A stretch of DNA of 63,087 nt, filler included, from Sarea resinae (taxonomy: Eukaryota): NCBI GenBank assembly GCA_026026165.1. It is 3 parts of 3 records of this genome, joined end to end, with 100 filler letters (N's around TTAATTAATTAA, not from the genome) between each part and the next. Parts side by side here need not be neighbours in the genome. Positions count along the whole stretch, not along the records: positions 43,821 to 63,087 come from JAPEUD010000133.1; 2 more parts are not named here. One strand, written 5' to 3'. The position numbers were made by a program, and so were the translations under genes. Each line of letters opens with the position of its first letter. The stretch's first letter is position 1. A model generated the notes under the pieces. That model was not told where the DNA came from, ran no database searches, and saw only the letters and a program-made list of their open reading frames with translations. Below are positions 63,084-63,087 of this stretch, piece by piece.

Positions 63084-63087
63084 ACCC

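Overview
Eukaryotic, intron-rich DNA from a filamentous ascomycete (Pezizomycotina-like genes, GT-AG introns with CTRAY branch sites, RIP-damaged transposons). Two N-gaps carry an artificial TTAATTAATTAA linker (22335-22434, 43721-43820). Conserved housekeeping genes flank the window. Left: NCS1/FRQ1, MED4, a TBC Rab-GAP, TOP2, an XBP1-like APSES factor, then a RIPed Tc1 element. Right: TOF1, 3-hydroxybutyryl-CoA dehydrogenase, MGM101, COA4, BPL1, an HVA22/REEP protein, NRDE/TANGO2, HPT1/XPT1, an F-box gene. The middle contig (22.4-43.7 kb) is the interesting part. (i) A putative fungal RiPP (dikaritin-type) locus: a spliced, signal-peptide-bearing Kex2 repeat precursor with four copies of a Tyr-free, two-Trp core (ETNEWFDTDSWVKPE), divergent from a UstYa/DUF3328 oxidase gene that has both HxxHC motifs but an in-frame TAG at a Trp-like position near its C-terminus. 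(ii) A five-member intronic box C/D snoRNA cluster (including snR41, snR70, snR51) in a non-coding host, where snR51 appears to be split by its own 70-nt nested intron. (iii) An AAA ATPase, a disrupted Mx/dynamin-like GTPase with a clean 120-bp AT-rich insertion, an ABHD12-like hydrolase, a RIP-damaged HNH endonuclease pseudogene and a ~5-kb RIP-degraded repeat block. All calls come from manual reading and motif recognition; no database search was run.
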